Source of the DNA: an uncultured Sphingomonadaceae bacterium
GTDB taxonomy: Bacteria > Pseudomonadota > Alphaproteobacteria > Sphingomonadales > Sphingomonadaceae
Assembly: GCA_964406535.1 (NCBI GenBank)
Contig: CAYOSE010000003.1
Coordinates: forward strand, 127 to 64,126
Length of the DNA stretch: 64,000 nt
Direction: 5' to 3'
Below the pieces are notes generated by a model. The model was given only the letters and a program-made list of their open reading frames with translations. It did no database searches and had not been told where the DNA came from. Each line of letters begins with the position of its first letter. Position 1 is the stretch's first letter. Positions 19,109 through 29,458 of this stretch are shown in pieces. Made by a program: the position numbers and the translations under genes.

Positions 19109-21153
19109 ACGAATACCATCGTCAGCTTATCGCAGAGATTCAGGGTGATGCAGATGCGATGGGCCTCATCACCAGTGAAGCATTTCTCGACAAGATTGCT
19201 GATGTCCTCGATGAAGCTGGAGAGGTCTCATCGCTCTCGCAGTGCTATTTCGAGGGAAAGTTCGGTTCGAAAGCCGTCCAGGTGGATGCATACGCGTGGG
19301 ACCCGACAGATGAAGAGGGCGTATTGAGCGTCCTGGTCTGCGATTTCACTGTCGCCGATGAACCGCAGTCAATCGACAAGACTGAAATCAGCCGTCTTCT
19401 CAAGCGGCTTGTCGAGTTTGTCGTTGCCGCGAAAACACGCGACTTCCGCGAGGGGCTGGAAGAGACGAGCAACGGTTTTGTCCTGAGCGACCTGATTGCC
19501 CGGGCATGGAAGCAGATCAACAAGATCAAGCTCATCCTTGTAACCAATCGGATCAACAAGGCTCGGACTGATGCGCAACCTGTCGGCAATATTGGCGGAA
19601 TTCCGGTCACCTCAAATGTGTGGGACCTGGCGCGCATTTATCGCTTCGAATCGTCAGGCCAGACGCGGGAAGACCTGATCGTTGACTTCGCCGAATCCTT
19701 TGGCGAACCGGTTCCTGTCCTCAAGGCTTCCTACGATGGCGCGCCATTGGAAAGCTACATCGCGGTAATTCCTGGAGTGCAGCTCGCGGAGATTTATGAA
19801 AAGTGGGGCGCACGATTGCTTGAAGCCAACGTGCGAAGCTTTCTTCAAGCGAGGGGGAAGGTCAATCAAGGCATCCGGAATACAATCCGCGATGACCCCA
19901 GTATGTTCTTCTCATACAACAACGGGCTGACGGCGACCGCCGCGTCGGTCGAGATCGCTGACATGGGCGAGGGTCTGCTCCTGATGTCCGCTAACAACTT
20001 TCAGATCGTGAATGGTGGGCAGACGACAGCATCAATTCACGCCGCCAGAAAACTCGCTCCGGAACAGCTGAAGGACGTTTTCGTCCAGATGAAACTGTCG
20101 GTAGTACCGCCCGAACAGACCGAAGACATCGTCCCGCTCATATCGCAGTTCGCCAACAGCCAGAACAAGGTCAACGCGGCAGACTTCTTCTCGAACCATC
20201 CATTTCACGTAAAGGTGCAGGAATTCTCGCGCCGAATTCTCGCACCATCAGGCGATGAAGGATATCGGGAAACCAAATGGTTCTATGAGCGTGCACGTGG
20301 CCAATTTGCTGACGAGCGGGGTCGCCGGACCATCGCCGAGCGCAAGCGATTTGACGCCGAGTATCCTCGATCCCAGTTCTTCACGAAGACAGACCTCGCA
20401 AAGTTCGAGAACTCATATCGTTGTAAGCCTCATGTTGTGAGCCTTGGAGCACAGAAGAATTTCGCAGATATGGCCAAGGCAATTGGCGATGAGTGGACGC
20501 GCTCCGAGGCAGCATTTGACGAGGTCTGGTTCAAACGTTTGATCGCGAAGGCAATAATTTTTCGACGCCTTGAAAAGCTCGTGCCCCAGCAGGAATGGTA
20601 CGCTGGGGGATACAGGGCAAACATCGTTACCTATGCCTTCGCCAAGGTAGTCCATGACGCAGACTTGAAGAAAAAGGTAATCGATCTCGACCGGGTTTGG
20701 TCGCTTCAGCGCGTGCCCTCGAACCTCGAACGGGCCTGTCTCGTTGCAGCCGAAGCGGCAAATGCGGTCATCACTGCGCCACCGGCTGGCATTCGGAACA
20801 TGAGTGAGTGGGCAAAGAAGCAGGGCTGTTGGGCCGAGCTTGCCAAGCGTTCAGTTGAGTATGGTGCGGACTTCTGGGACAATCTGATCGATCCGGCTGA
20901 CGCGCAAGCCAACAAGCGATCGGCTCGGAAGGACCGAGAACTGACATCCGGAATCGAGGCTCAAAGCGAAGTTGTCATGCAGGGGGCTGAATACTGGAAG
21001 CAGTTGCTGGCGTTTGGGCGGTCGATAAGCAAATTGACAGGGCGAGAGCAGGGAATCCTGACGGCTTGCACATTCCTGCCCGACCGTGTTCCGAGTGAAA
21101 AGCAGTCTCTTGCCGCACTGGCTATCGCGGAAAAGATTGAGGAATTCTACTGA
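19096..21153 (+). CDS. AIPR family protein
   Basis: 685 aa; LLEANVRSFL, FFSYNNGLT, QIVNGGQTT, NSQNKV, WFYERARGQF. Confidence 0.92.
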   Translation: MDELNEYHRQLIAEIQGDADAMGLITSEAFLDKIADVLDEAGEVSSLSQCYFEGKFGSKAVQVDAYAWDPTDEEGVLSVLVCDFTVADEPQSIDKTEISRLLKRLVEFVVAAKTRDFREGLEETSNGFVLSDLIARAWKQINKIKLILVTNRINKARTDAQPVGNIGGIPVTSNVWDLARIYRFESSGQTREDLIVDFAESFGEPVPVLKASYDGAPLESYIAVIPGVQLAEIYEKWGARLLEANVRSFLQARGKVNQGIRNTIRDDPSMFFSYNNGLTATAASVEIADMGEGLLLMSANNFQIVNGGQTTASIHAARKLAPEQLKDVFVQMKLSVVPPEQTEDIVPLISQFANSQNKVNAADFFSNHPFHVKVQEFSRRILAPSGDEGYRETKWFYERARGQFADERGRRTIAERKRFDAEYPRSQFFTKTDLAKFENSYRCKPHVVSLGAQKNFADMAKAIGDEWTRSEAAFDEVWFKRLIAKAIIFRRLEKLVPQQEWYAGGYRANIVTYAFAKVVHDADLKKKVIDLDRVWSLQRVPSNLERACLVAAEAANAVITAPPAGIRNMSEWAKKQGCWAELAKRSVEYGADFWDNLIDPADAQANKRSARKDRELTSGIEAQSEVVMQGAEYWKQLLAFGRSISKLTGREQGILTACTFLPDRVPSEKQSLAALAIAEKIEEFY

Positions 21154-21168
21154 CGGTCGTCCAGTCGG

Positions 21169-22701
21169 TCAGTTTGCGTCCGCCATTCGGAGAATTTCGA
21201 ACAGCAACTCCCCAATCTGCTTGGCCAGCAGTGGCGGAACGGCATTGCCGACCTGCACATATTGCTGAGTGCGATTGCCCTCGAAGAAGTAGTTGTCGGG
21301 GAAGGTCTGAAGACGAGCAGCTTCTCGCACAGTCAGACTGCGGCATTGCTTCGGGTCGGGATGGATGAAGTAATGTCCATCCTTCGAAATGTGGCTGGTC
21401 ACTGTGGTTGAAGGGCTGTTCCAGGTCTGGACCCGGAACCTGTCCGCGAATTTGCCTGAGGTCCAGTTTCGATGGTTCGGGGCCAGGTCCATGGGAAACT
21501 CGTCTGCTTTGGGAGAGCGATCGAACACTTCGGCGAAGGTCGCTGCGAAGGCGTACCGCGCCAAGTCACCCTGCATGTGGCCGCGACTTTCATGATTGGG
21601 CAATGCGAGCAACCTGTCGTCAGCCAGCCATGCAGCGAGGAAGTTATCAGCGAGCGGAGTGACCAAAGTGCTGGACCTAGGTGGCAGGTCGGTCGCTGCC
21701 CCAATCCCGCGAGAATATCCGGCAAGCCGCTGCGCAACCTCGGCAAGCCACCCGCCATCGCGGCGACATGCTGCTGCGGCATCCTTGAAGGCGCGAACGA
21801 CGGCTTGTCGCCATGCCTCCGGGCTGTCGGCGGTCTTGCTCAGCCCGCTTCTAAGGTTCGGCATTCCAGTCAACACGCTGGCAACTGACCGGCGCGTAGG
21901 TCGCGAGGTCAGAGATGGTGATGTCTGCGGGTCTATTCCTGATCGGGCGAAAACATCAGCCCTGATACCCATAAGAATCACACGATGGCGGGCCTGCGGC
22001 ACCCCGAAATCTTCCGCACGGATCACATGCCGCACATGGCCAGAACGCTGATCAGCGATCAGCGGAAGGAGAATGTAACTGTCGGGCCTTCCTCCAGCAG
22101 CTTTAAGGTCTTCGACGATCCTGTCGATCAAGCTCTCGCCTGATACCTTTGCCGAGAGCATGCCTTTCACATTCTCCATGACGAAAGCGACGGGCTCCAG
22201 TCGCTGCAGGATGCGTATGTACTCGCGATACAGAAAGTGGCGGTGATCTGCCTCTGGAACGTAGTCCTGAATGCCGCGATTCCGGGCGCGGCCAACCAGC
22301 GAGTAGGCTTGACACGGGGGGCCACCAATCAGGATTGTTTCGGTTTTGGCCGTCGCGGATATCTCGTCGAGCTTCGGGTCCAGCCAAGCTGTTGCCTCCT
22401 CAGTACCGAGCTCTAGCATTGCCGTTTCTTCAGATGCGGCCTTCCATTCCCTCGGGTGGGCGGCAACCAGTTGGTCTTTCGATATCTTCCCGCTGATGTA
22501 CGCGTAATATGCCTCGGGAGTGTCTTCGAACTGACGGAAGAATGAACGGAGCCGCAGGGTTGCGAAGGCAGATGGCTCCTTCTCCACTGACAGTGCGATT
22601 CGGTATGGACGCTTTCCCTTTTCGTCCCTGATCGCCGCAAACCCCTCGGCAAGGCCACCCGGTCCGGCGAAAAGGTCGACAGTCTTGAATGCTTGGCTCA
22701 T
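21169..22701 (-). CDS. dcm: DNA (cytosine-5) methyltransferase
   Basis: 510 aa; DLFAGPGG, GGPPCQ, ENV, QxRxR (PQARHRVI), TVREAARLQ, QVGNAVPP. Confidence 0.95.
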   Translation of the reverse strand: MSQAFKTVDLFAGPGGLAEGFAAIRDEKGKRPYRIALSVEKEPSAFATLRLRSFFRQFEDTPEAYYAYISGKISKDQLVAAHPREWKAASEETAMLELGTEEATAWLDPKLDEISATAKTETILIGGPPCQAYSLVGRARNRGIQDYVPEADHRHFLYREYIRILQRLEPVAFVMENVKGMLSAKVSGESLIDRIVEDLKAAGGRPDSYILLPLIADQRSGHVRHVIRAEDFGVPQARHRVILMGIRADVFARSGIDPQTSPSLTSRPTRRSVASVLTGMPNLRSGLSKTADSPEAWRQAVVRAFKDAAAACRRDGGWLAEVAQRLAGYSRGIGAATDLPPRSSTLVTPLADNFLAAWLADDRLLALPNHESRGHMQGDLARYAFAATFAEVFDRSPKADEFPMDLAPNHRNWTSGKFADRFRVQTWNSPSTTVTSHISKDGHYFIHPDPKQCRSLTVREAARLQTFPDNYFFEGNRTQQYVQVGNAVPPLLAKQIGELLFEILRMADAN

Positions 22702-22771
22702 TTACTCGAAAATCCGATATTGCATGAGCCTATTACCAGGCTGACTCCAAGAAGCCAGGGGGTGAATTGCG

Positions 22772-23224
22772 TTGGCTGACATTGTGGATGCCAAGACCCG
22801 CTCGCGAATGATGTCGGGCATTCGCGGCAAGAACACAAAGCCCGAGCGGCTGTTGAGACGGGAGTTGCATTCCGCCGGGCTGCGATACCGCCTTCATGGC
22901 GCGAAGCTTCCGGGCAAACCGGACCTCGTCTTCGCAAAGTACCATGCGGTTGTTTTCGTGCATGGGTGCTTCTGGCATCGGCATGAGAATTGTCGCTTTG
23001 CCACCACTCCAGCGACCCGTCCGGAATTCTGGGAGTCGAAGTTCACCGCAAACGTCCAGCGAGACGCCAAAAGCATGGCTGCGCTCCTGGACATGGGGTG
23101 GCGAGTAGCCATTGTTTGGGAGTGTGCTTTGAAGGATCAGCCTGTCGAATTGGTCGGAAAGTCCGTGCAAGAGTGGCTCAGGAAAGGGGTGGTGCCCTCA
23201 ATGGAAATCCCGGCTACTTGCTGA
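22772..23224 (+). CDS. vsr: Very short patch repair endonuclease
   Basis: 150 aa; RSRMMSGIRGKNTKPE, GKPDLVF, FVHGCFWH, WRVAIVWEC; divergent from dcm with a 70-bp gap. Confidence 0.95.
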   Translation: MADIVDAKTRSRMMSGIRGKNTKPERLLRRELHSAGLRYRLHGAKLPGKPDLVFAKYHAVVFVHGCFWHRHENCRFATTPATRPEFWESKFTANVQRDAKSMAALLDMGWRVAIVWECALKDQPVELVGKSVQEWLRKGVVPSMEIPATC

Positions 23225-23228
23225 ATCT

Positions 23229-25976
23229 CTAGCCCATCCCAGCACCCATTGCCTTCGACTTTCCGGCTTCGGGAGTACTCGCGGTCATGGCCGTCTGCTT
23301 CTCGCCCGCACGCTCGTAAATTGCGCGGACAAGCCGGTCTTTGTCGTCGGTGACAACAACCGCCCCGGCTTTGGCACGTGACAGCGCAACATAGAGCATC
23401 TTCTGGTCGACCAGATTGGTGGAACGGCTGTCGGCGTGGATCAGGACGCGCTCGGCGGTCTGGCCCTGCGCGGCGTGTGCGGTCTGGACATAGGCGTGGC
23501 GCAAATGGCTGTCGCGAGGATCGGATAGATCGAGGTTCTGCTCACGCCCATTGGCGAGCTTCAGCGTTGCATGGCCATGATCGGAATCGATACTTGTGAC
23601 GGTCCCGCCAAGGCCATTGACCCGTTCGGCCTCGCGGTCGTTGCGGGTGAACTGCACGCGGTCGCCGGTGCGGAGCTCCATCGGCTTCGGCTCGAACACC
23701 TCGGCTTTGCCTGCACCCCACTGCCGGGGATGCCAGTCAACCGACCTTCCATCGCGGCCTTCCAGGGCAATGCGCCCGCGTTCAGGATCGACATCGGCGA
23801 TCGCAAAGCTCTCGCCCCGGCGCACGCCCTTGGCGGCATAGTCGCGGTTGAACCGGACAACATCGCCGATTGAGTAGCTGGCTGCCTTGCGCGCTTCGGC
23901 ACGGGTAAGACCTTTCGCGTCCAAAGCATCGAACCGCACGGCTTCCGCTGAAAGCTCGCCGCGCTCGGCCAGCTTTGCGCGGATCATACCGGTGAGCCTG
24001 TCGCGGCCTTCGCGCGATGGCTCGATTACCAGCGTTCGCGCGCGCTCTGTTGGCGACAGGGCGAGATAGTGCCGGGCCATCGCCCCAAGGCGCTCGTCCG
24101 GCGTTGTCCCTTCGATCACCTTGCCGCCGCCACGTTCCAGCGCGGCCAGCGCCTTGCCTGCGTGACCTTCGATCGAGGCCATGACGGCTTCGCGGGTTCC
24201 GGCATTGGTCTGCCGGACCACCTCGGCAAGTTTCCCGGTCGCCATGCCAGCCTGCTGCAACTGGGCGAAGGCTGCGCCCGCGCCAACCGAACCCAGCTGC
24301 TTGACGTCGCCAACCAGAACGAGCCGGGCTCCGGCCTTGTCGGCACGCGACATGAGTTTCGCCATGTCGTGAGTCGAGAGCATTGAGGCTTCATCGACAA
24401 TCCAGACAGCCTCCTTGCCTGTTTTCTTCACTTCTGGGGCGAGCAAATGCCGCGCCACGGTATCGCCGCGCAACCCCAGCGTTTCCCCAAGCACGGCTGC
24501 TGCCGATGCAGTTGGCGCGAGCGCGGTCACGGCAAGCCCGTGGCGCCGTGCTTCGCGCGCGTAGGTGGCGAGCACGGTCGTGGTTTTGGCGGTCCCGGCG
24601 TAGCCTTGGACGGCGGCAACGCGGTCGCGCGAAGTGAGCAGGTCTGCGGTCGCGCGCTTCTGGTCTTCGGTCCAGGCATAGCCGGATCGGGCTGACCGCC
24701 GTGCAGCGCGCTCGATGGTTCGTGCTGCCGCCACCGGACTGGCGAGCGATTTCGCCATGCCGCGTCCGGCCTCCTCAAGGCGCAACATGGTACGCTCGGT
24801 CTCGACGGCCTGCGGCGTCGTGAACCCCGCAAACTCCGCACCGCGCCGGTCAAGGAAAGTGCGCGGGACTAGCTCACCGAGTTCTCCGGCCTCGGCAATC
24901 GCTGCGCTGATTGCATCGTGCCCGGCCTTGCCGAAGGCAAAGTCCCCGGCCTCGCGCGCCAGCGTGCTGGCCGAGAATACGGCCTCTCGTTCAGACAGCT
25001 TGGCAGCGGCCCATGCCACAGCCTGCCGAGCCAGCAATTCGGGGCTGGCGGTAGCTTCGCTGGTTTTGGTCCTCTCTCTCGCTTCACTGATCAGCTTGTC
25101 TCGCGCTGCCTTGTCGAACCCGTTGGCATCGGCAGTCGCCCGCCAGTCAGCGCGCAAGGTGCGATGATTGGCATGGCTCTTGGCTTCCCGCGTATCGAGC
25201 GCGGCGATCTGCTTTTCAGCAGCGCTCGCTTCCGCGCGGCTCGTGCCGCGCTCGACAAGCCGGGAATCGATTGCTGCGGTGCGCTGGCTCAGCGCATCGA
25301 CTAGCTTCTCCGGAACGCCTGCGATCTCGAACAACGAGTCTTTCCCGGCCTCGATCTTGTATCCCAACGAAGCTACGCCGTGCGCCAGTTCCTGCCGGTA
25401 GATAGCGCCGATCTCTTTTTGCAGCTGGTAAATTGCGCGCGGCTCGAGGCTGCGCCAGTTGCGATCCTTGTCCTGCGTGGCGTTGATGATCACACCGTGG
25501 GTGTGCAACTGCGGGTCCTGCGCCCGGCTTGTGGCATGGCGGAAGGTGGCGATGGCGAGGTTGCCGGTCACTTCGCGCCGGACCTCGCCGCCCTGCCTGA
25601 TCCGCGTTGCCGCCATATGCTTTTCGACATGGGCGAGCGCCACTTTCACCGCTGCACCATGCGCCTTGATCAGCCGCATGTCTCCGGCAACTTCGGCCAT
25701 GATCGAGACCGACTTGGGCGCGGACAGGGTGATGTCCCAGCCAGGCCGATGCTCGACCTTGCCATCGCGGGTGGTGCCCAGTTGTTGCCCAGCAATTCGG
25801 CCTTCGAGCAATTCGGCAAACTTCTCGCGATCGACCTCGCCTGACAGGCTAAGCTTTTCCGCTGCCTCGCCAAACCATTCGGACGGTGCCAAGCCGCCTT
25901 CGGCATAGTAATCGTCGGCTTCGTAATAGCTGGCTGCCTGACCGGCACTCGACAGGGCCGAGACCGAGGCGACCAT
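23229..25976 (-). CDS. MobF (TrwC/TraI-type) relaxase-helicase
   Basis: 915 aa; YYEADDYY tyrosines, DITLSAPKSVS, HATSRAQDPQLHTH, helicase QGYAGTAKTT, VDEASML, LVGDVKQL. Confidence 0.95.
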   Translation of the reverse strand: MVASVSALSSAGQAASYYEADDYYAEGGLAPSEWFGEAAEKLSLSGEVDREKFAELLEGRIAGQQLGTTRDGKVEHRPGWDITLSAPKSVSIMAEVAGDMRLIKAHGAAVKVALAHVEKHMAATRIRQGGEVRREVTGNLAIATFRHATSRAQDPQLHTHGVIINATQDKDRNWRSLEPRAIYQLQKEIGAIYRQELAHGVASLGYKIEAGKDSLFEIAGVPEKLVDALSQRTAAIDSRLVERGTSRAEASAAEKQIAALDTREAKSHANHRTLRADWRATADANGFDKAARDKLISEARERTKTSEATASPELLARQAVAWAAAKLSEREAVFSASTLAREAGDFAFGKAGHDAISAAIAEAGELGELVPRTFLDRRGAEFAGFTTPQAVETERTMLRLEEAGRGMAKSLASPVAAARTIERAARRSARSGYAWTEDQKRATADLLTSRDRVAAVQGYAGTAKTTTVLATYAREARRHGLAVTALAPTASAAAVLGETLGLRGDTVARHLLAPEVKKTGKEAVWIVDEASMLSTHDMAKLMSRADKAGARLVLVGDVKQLGSVGAGAAFAQLQQAGMATGKLAEVVRQTNAGTREAVMASIEGHAGKALAALERGGGKVIEGTTPDERLGAMARHYLALSPTERARTLVIEPSREGRDRLTGMIRAKLAERGELSAEAVRFDALDAKGLTRAEARKAASYSIGDVVRFNRDYAAKGVRRGESFAIADVDPERGRIALEGRDGRSVDWHPRQWGAGKAEVFEPKPMELRTGDRVQFTRNDREAERVNGLGGTVTSIDSDHGHATLKLANGREQNLDLSDPRDSHLRHAYVQTAHAAQGQTAERVLIHADSRSTNLVDQKMLYVALSRAKAGAVVVTDDKDRLVRAIYERAGEKQTAMTASTPEAGKSKAMGAGMG

Positions 25977-27796
25977 CAGACCGGTCCCGGTTTCGCGTCA
26001 GGCTCGGCACCTTTGGCGATCTCGCTGACCCGGCTCCAAAGTGTGCCCGCAGGATCGCCTGGCACGTAGGCAGGCTGGCGAGGTTCGCCACGCCGGGCGA
26101 TGTGATCAGCGGTGAGACCGATGCGCGCGACAGGCAGGCCATCGGGAAGCAGCAGATAGCCCTGATGCGGACTGAGCCGCAATTCGCTTTCGAGCACGGC
26201 AGGTCGGAACTGGCGCTGTGTCGCGATGGTCGTGCGCGGCACCTCGCTGCCAATCGACAACGTATCGGTGGCAACGCGTAGTTCCACCTCGCACTGACCG
26301 ATGGTCTCGCTCGCCCATTTGCGCGTTTCCTGATCGACGGTTTGCAGGAACAGCTTGGTATTGCAGCAGGCGAGCATGGCTTCGGCGATGTTCGCGCCAT
26401 AGCGATTGCGCATCTGCCCGAGCGCCTGAAAGGTGAGCACAATCGCTGCGCCGAACTTTCGGCCCTCGGGCAGCAGACGGGCAAGGTTCTCGACGCGGGG
26501 GAGGTCAGCCAGCTCGTCGAGCACGAACCAGATGCGGCGGTTCGGAGATGGCGACAGACCCAGCACCGCACTCGCAGCGCATTCGAGCCAGCACGCCATC
26601 AGCGGCTTGGATGCTTCGAAGTAGTCTTCCTTGCGGGGCACAAAGATCCACGGCTTTGCCCCCTCGCACTCGTCCAGCTTCGCGATGAAATCGCGGAAGG
26701 CGAAACGGTCCTCTCCTTCGTCCTCGACCTGCAGGAACTGAATCAGATTTGCCGCCTTGGCGAGCATGAAGAGCACGCTGCCGGTGGCACGGTCGGCGTC
26801 GTTGGCAAAGGTGCGGGCCGACGAAGTGTGCCCCAGCCATTCCTTCAACTGCTCCTTGTCCTTGACCTGCAAGGCTTCGAGCAAAGCTTCGAGGCTGCAG
26901 TTCTTTTCCGCCCAGAGTGAACGGATCATGTTGGCGACAAGAATGCGACTGGTTTCGAGCCAGACATCGTCATCCTGACTGCTGGTTTCCGAAACGAGTT
27001 GGCGCGCTATCCGGTCTGCATCGGCGGGGTGCGATATCTCGTCGAACGGTGTCCAGAAGGCACAGCGCGCATCGAAGGGATTGAGGATAATGTCCCCGCG
27101 CGCGGGGTTGTAATAGTGCGCGATGAACTCGCCCGATGTGTCATAGACCAGCGCGGCTTCACCGCGCCTTTCGATGCCGTCGAGCATCTGGCGAAGGGCA
27201 GTGGTCTTGCCGCTGCCGGTGGTGCCGAGAAAGGCAAAGTGGCGGGTCTCGATCCGGCTAGGAACGGGGACTGGGCCGATGCGCAATGCATACCTGCCAC
27301 AGAGCAATGTGGTCTGTGCGGCGACGTCCTCTTCATCCGCCACACGGGTTCCGCCAATGACCCGGTCGGCGAGCGTATCTTTGCCCTGAGCTGACATGGT
27401 GCGCTGGAGCACCCAGACCGTGAACAGGCCTATCAAAAGGCCCGTGATTGCACCGCCAGCGATCACTTTGACGACCTGCCAGAAGGTATCGGTGAACAAC
27501 GGTTCCGAGGCGAACCAGGCGGCGGAAACGGTCCAGCGCTGGCCCTCCATCGCTATGTTTATCTTGATGTCGCTGCCTGTCAGCGAGCCCAGCAAGGTCA
27601 GTGCATTGGCCCATGCATACTGCAATGCGGTCGTGATCGCGGGGCCATGCAGCAGGAACTGGGGTGCGATGATTGCTCCGGCCGCTGCTGCACCAAGCGT
27701 GATCGTGGAAAAGAAGCGAAAACGCTGCTGCCATTGCGCCATGCGAACACGCCACAAGGCATGGGCGCGGGTAACAAAGTCGATGTTGGAATTCAT
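25976..27796 (-). CDS. Type IV coupling protein (TrwB/TraD-like)
   Basis: 606 aa; two N-terminal TM segments, GTTGSGKT Walker A, LDELADL Walker B, GRKFG; TGATG overlap with the relaxase. Confidence 0.93.
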   Translation of the reverse strand: MNSNIDFVTRAHALWRVRMAQWQQRFRFFSTITLGAAAAGAIIAPQFLLHGPAITTALQYAWANALTLLGSLTGSDIKINIAMEGQRWTVSAAWFASEPLFTDTFWQVVKVIAGGAITGLLIGLFTVWVLQRTMSAQGKDTLADRVIGGTRVADEEDVAAQTTLLCGRYALRIGPVPVPSRIETRHFAFLGTTGSGKTTALRQMLDGIERRGEAALVYDTSGEFIAHYYNPARGDIILNPFDARCAFWTPFDEISHPADADRIARQLVSETSSQDDDVWLETSRILVANMIRSLWAEKNCSLEALLEALQVKDKEQLKEWLGHTSSARTFANDADRATGSVLFMLAKAANLIQFLQVEDEGEDRFAFRDFIAKLDECEGAKPWIFVPRKEDYFEASKPLMACWLECAASAVLGLSPSPNRRIWFVLDELADLPRVENLARLLPEGRKFGAAIVLTFQALGQMRNRYGANIAEAMLACCNTKLFLQTVDQETRKWASETIGQCEVELRVATDTLSIGSEVPRTTIATQRQFRPAVLESELRLSPHQGYLLLPDGLPVARIGLTADHIARRGEPRQPAYVPGDPAGTLWSRVSEIAKGAEPDAKPGPV

Positions 27797-28167
27797 GGCT
27801 CGATCTCCAGGGCAAGCGAGCGCTGGCGCTCGAATGCGGCACGCGCTTCGGCTGCAATTGTCTCGTCGGATTTCTTGGTTCCCAGCGCCGCATGGCGGGC
27901 ATAAGCGTAGGCCGCACAGGCGGTGAACAGGGTGCGATCGAGCACCCGTTCGGCCTCGGCGAGGCGCGCCGATATCGCCCCGATCTCGCGCGCCAGTTCG
28001 GCGAGATCGGTCTCCTTGTCGGTGCCGTGCAGGACCGAAAGAAAGCCCGCGTCGATCACCTTCAGGAGCATCGCGTATTCCGACAATCCGCGCCGGTCGG
28101 CGATGCCGGAAAGCGACCGTGCCTGTGAAGGATTGAGGCGGATGGTGCGCTTGATGTGACTCGCCAT
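27793..28167 (-). CDS. Ribbon-helix-helix relaxosome accessory protein (TrwA/MobA-like)
   Basis: 124 aa from ATG 28167 with GGAGG RBS; HIKRTIRLNPSQARSLSGIADRRGLSEYAMLLKVI RHH pattern; first gene of the mob operon. Confidence 0.7.
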   Translation of the reverse strand: MASHIKRTIRLNPSQARSLSGIADRRGLSEYAMLLKVIDAGFLSVLHGTDKETDLAELAREIGAISARLAEAERVLDRTLFTACAAYAYARHAALGTKKSDETIAAEARAAFERQRSLALEIEP

Positions 28168-28169
28168 CA

Positions 28170-28330
28170 CCACCTCCCGCGCGCGCTCGAAGCGCGCTCC
28201 GGAAATGGCGGATTTGCTATGGTTTGAGCGCTTTCTTTCAGCGAGCGCGCTATCCGCGCGCTCCAGAAACCGCAGAGTTCCTCGATGCACACGTGCGTGG
28301 GGTGTGTATGAAAATTCCGGGTCCGATACG
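28170..28330 (+). promoter_or_regulatory. oriT: oriT with predicted nic between 28305 and 28306
   Basis: TGCGTGGGGTGT^G at 28294-28306 matches the F-plasmid nic core; IR GAGCGCGC-tatcc-GCGCGCTC at 28243-28263; upstream of the MobF operon in F-like orientation. Confidence 0.8.
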
Positions 28331-28378
28331 TAGTATCGTGGCCCCTCATTCTCTCCGGTTGATAAGCGGGTCCGTGCA

Positions 28379-28876
28379 TCACAGGCCCTCGCCAAATTCA
28401 GGAAGGGGACGCGCGAAAGCGCGTATCTGCTGCTCAGCTTCAGCGTCCGCAGCCGCGCGGTTCGCAAACGGCTTTTCAAAGATTGCAGGCACGAAGTCGA
28501 AGTCCCTGTCGTGCAACCATTCGCGCACTGTCTCATCGACCACTTCGCGCAGCTTTTCACGCAGTTCGAACGCCTCCTCGGGGGTAATCCGGGTCCACTG
28601 GATCTGGCGTTCAATGAACCCGCCAAGCGGGTATTCATTGCCATCAATCCGGATCGCCGGGCCTTCGAACTGGACGTTGAATTCCGCGCCGATGAAACGG
28701 TCAATCATGGGGCGTTCGAAGTAGAGCCAGTCGGCAATGAAGCCGCGATAACACATGCCATCAGGGCCAGGTCGGCTGAGCCGCCGGACGTATTCATCAA
28801 TCAGCAGTTCGGTGAGGCTCTTGTAGCGCTCGGCAGGTTCAATGCACGGAGTTGTGGGGGCAGCAGAGTCGTTCAT
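28379..28876 (-). CDS. Hypothetical protein (165 aa)
   Basis: ORF from ATG 28876 (MNDSAAPTT...), located between oriT and alpA; no recognisable domain. Confidence 0.6.
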   Translation of the reverse strand: MNDSAAPTTPCIEPAERYKSLTELLIDEYVRRLSRPGPDGMCYRGFIADWLYFERPMIDRFIGAEFNVQFEGPAIRIDGNEYPLGGFIERQIQWTRITPEEAFELREKLREVVDETVREWLHDRDFDFVPAIFEKPFANRAAADAEAEQQIRAFARPLPEFGEGL

Positions 28877-28917
28877 TTGAGGGTACTTTCTGCGGGCTAT
28901 TGCCCGCCTAGGAGGGG

Positions 28918-29109
28918 TCAATAGCTGCGCAGCGGGAGGGCCTCGATCCACACTTCGATGTCAGTGGAACGCCAGCGGATACGTCCGCCACCAATGTCAA
29001 TTGGATGAGGAAAGGCACCGCGTCGGATGCGTCGCCAGATCGTTGTCCGGCTGCGAATGCCAGTCAGGCGCATGACCTCATGGCAGGTGAGCAGTTCAGT
29101 ATTCGGCAT
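28918..29109 (-). CDS. alpA: AlpA-family regulator / probable excisionase (RDF)
   Basis: 63 aa; EVMRLTGIRSRTTIWRRIRRGAFPHPIDIGGGRIRWRSTDIEVWI. Confidence 0.9.
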   Translation of the reverse strand: MPNTELLTCHEVMRLTGIRSRTTIWRRIRRGAFPHPIDIGGGRIRWRSTDIEVWIEALPLRSY

Positions 29110-29458
29110 AACAGATTCCTTCGTTTCAAGGTTCTGTCACCGAAGCCGTGTTCCCCCACGACGATGGGTTGTCCTTCAGATTGCCGTCGCGGAATGTGCG
29201 ATCAGATGTTCAACTCAGCGCCACCCTTGGCTTAGGTGACGCTGACCAAGCTATGCGAATCGCAATGATGTAGGAAAGAACAAAAATAGAACATATGCCG
29301 TTCCGCATTGGCGGGTGGACGATGTTGGATCGCTATGGACAGTCCGGGACTGAAAGAATTTTTCCCGCTGGTGTCCGCTCCGGGCCAATGCATGTCCGAA
29401 TCTACGGTTCTGGTGCAGCGGGAGATCGGTTTTCACGCGAATCGCAGCTTGAGCCGAT

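Noticed and set aside
27793-28704. 303-aa version of the RHH ORF
   Set aside because: The extension runs through oriT and overlaps another gene; the ATG at 28167 has a GGAGG RBS and gives a typical RHH size
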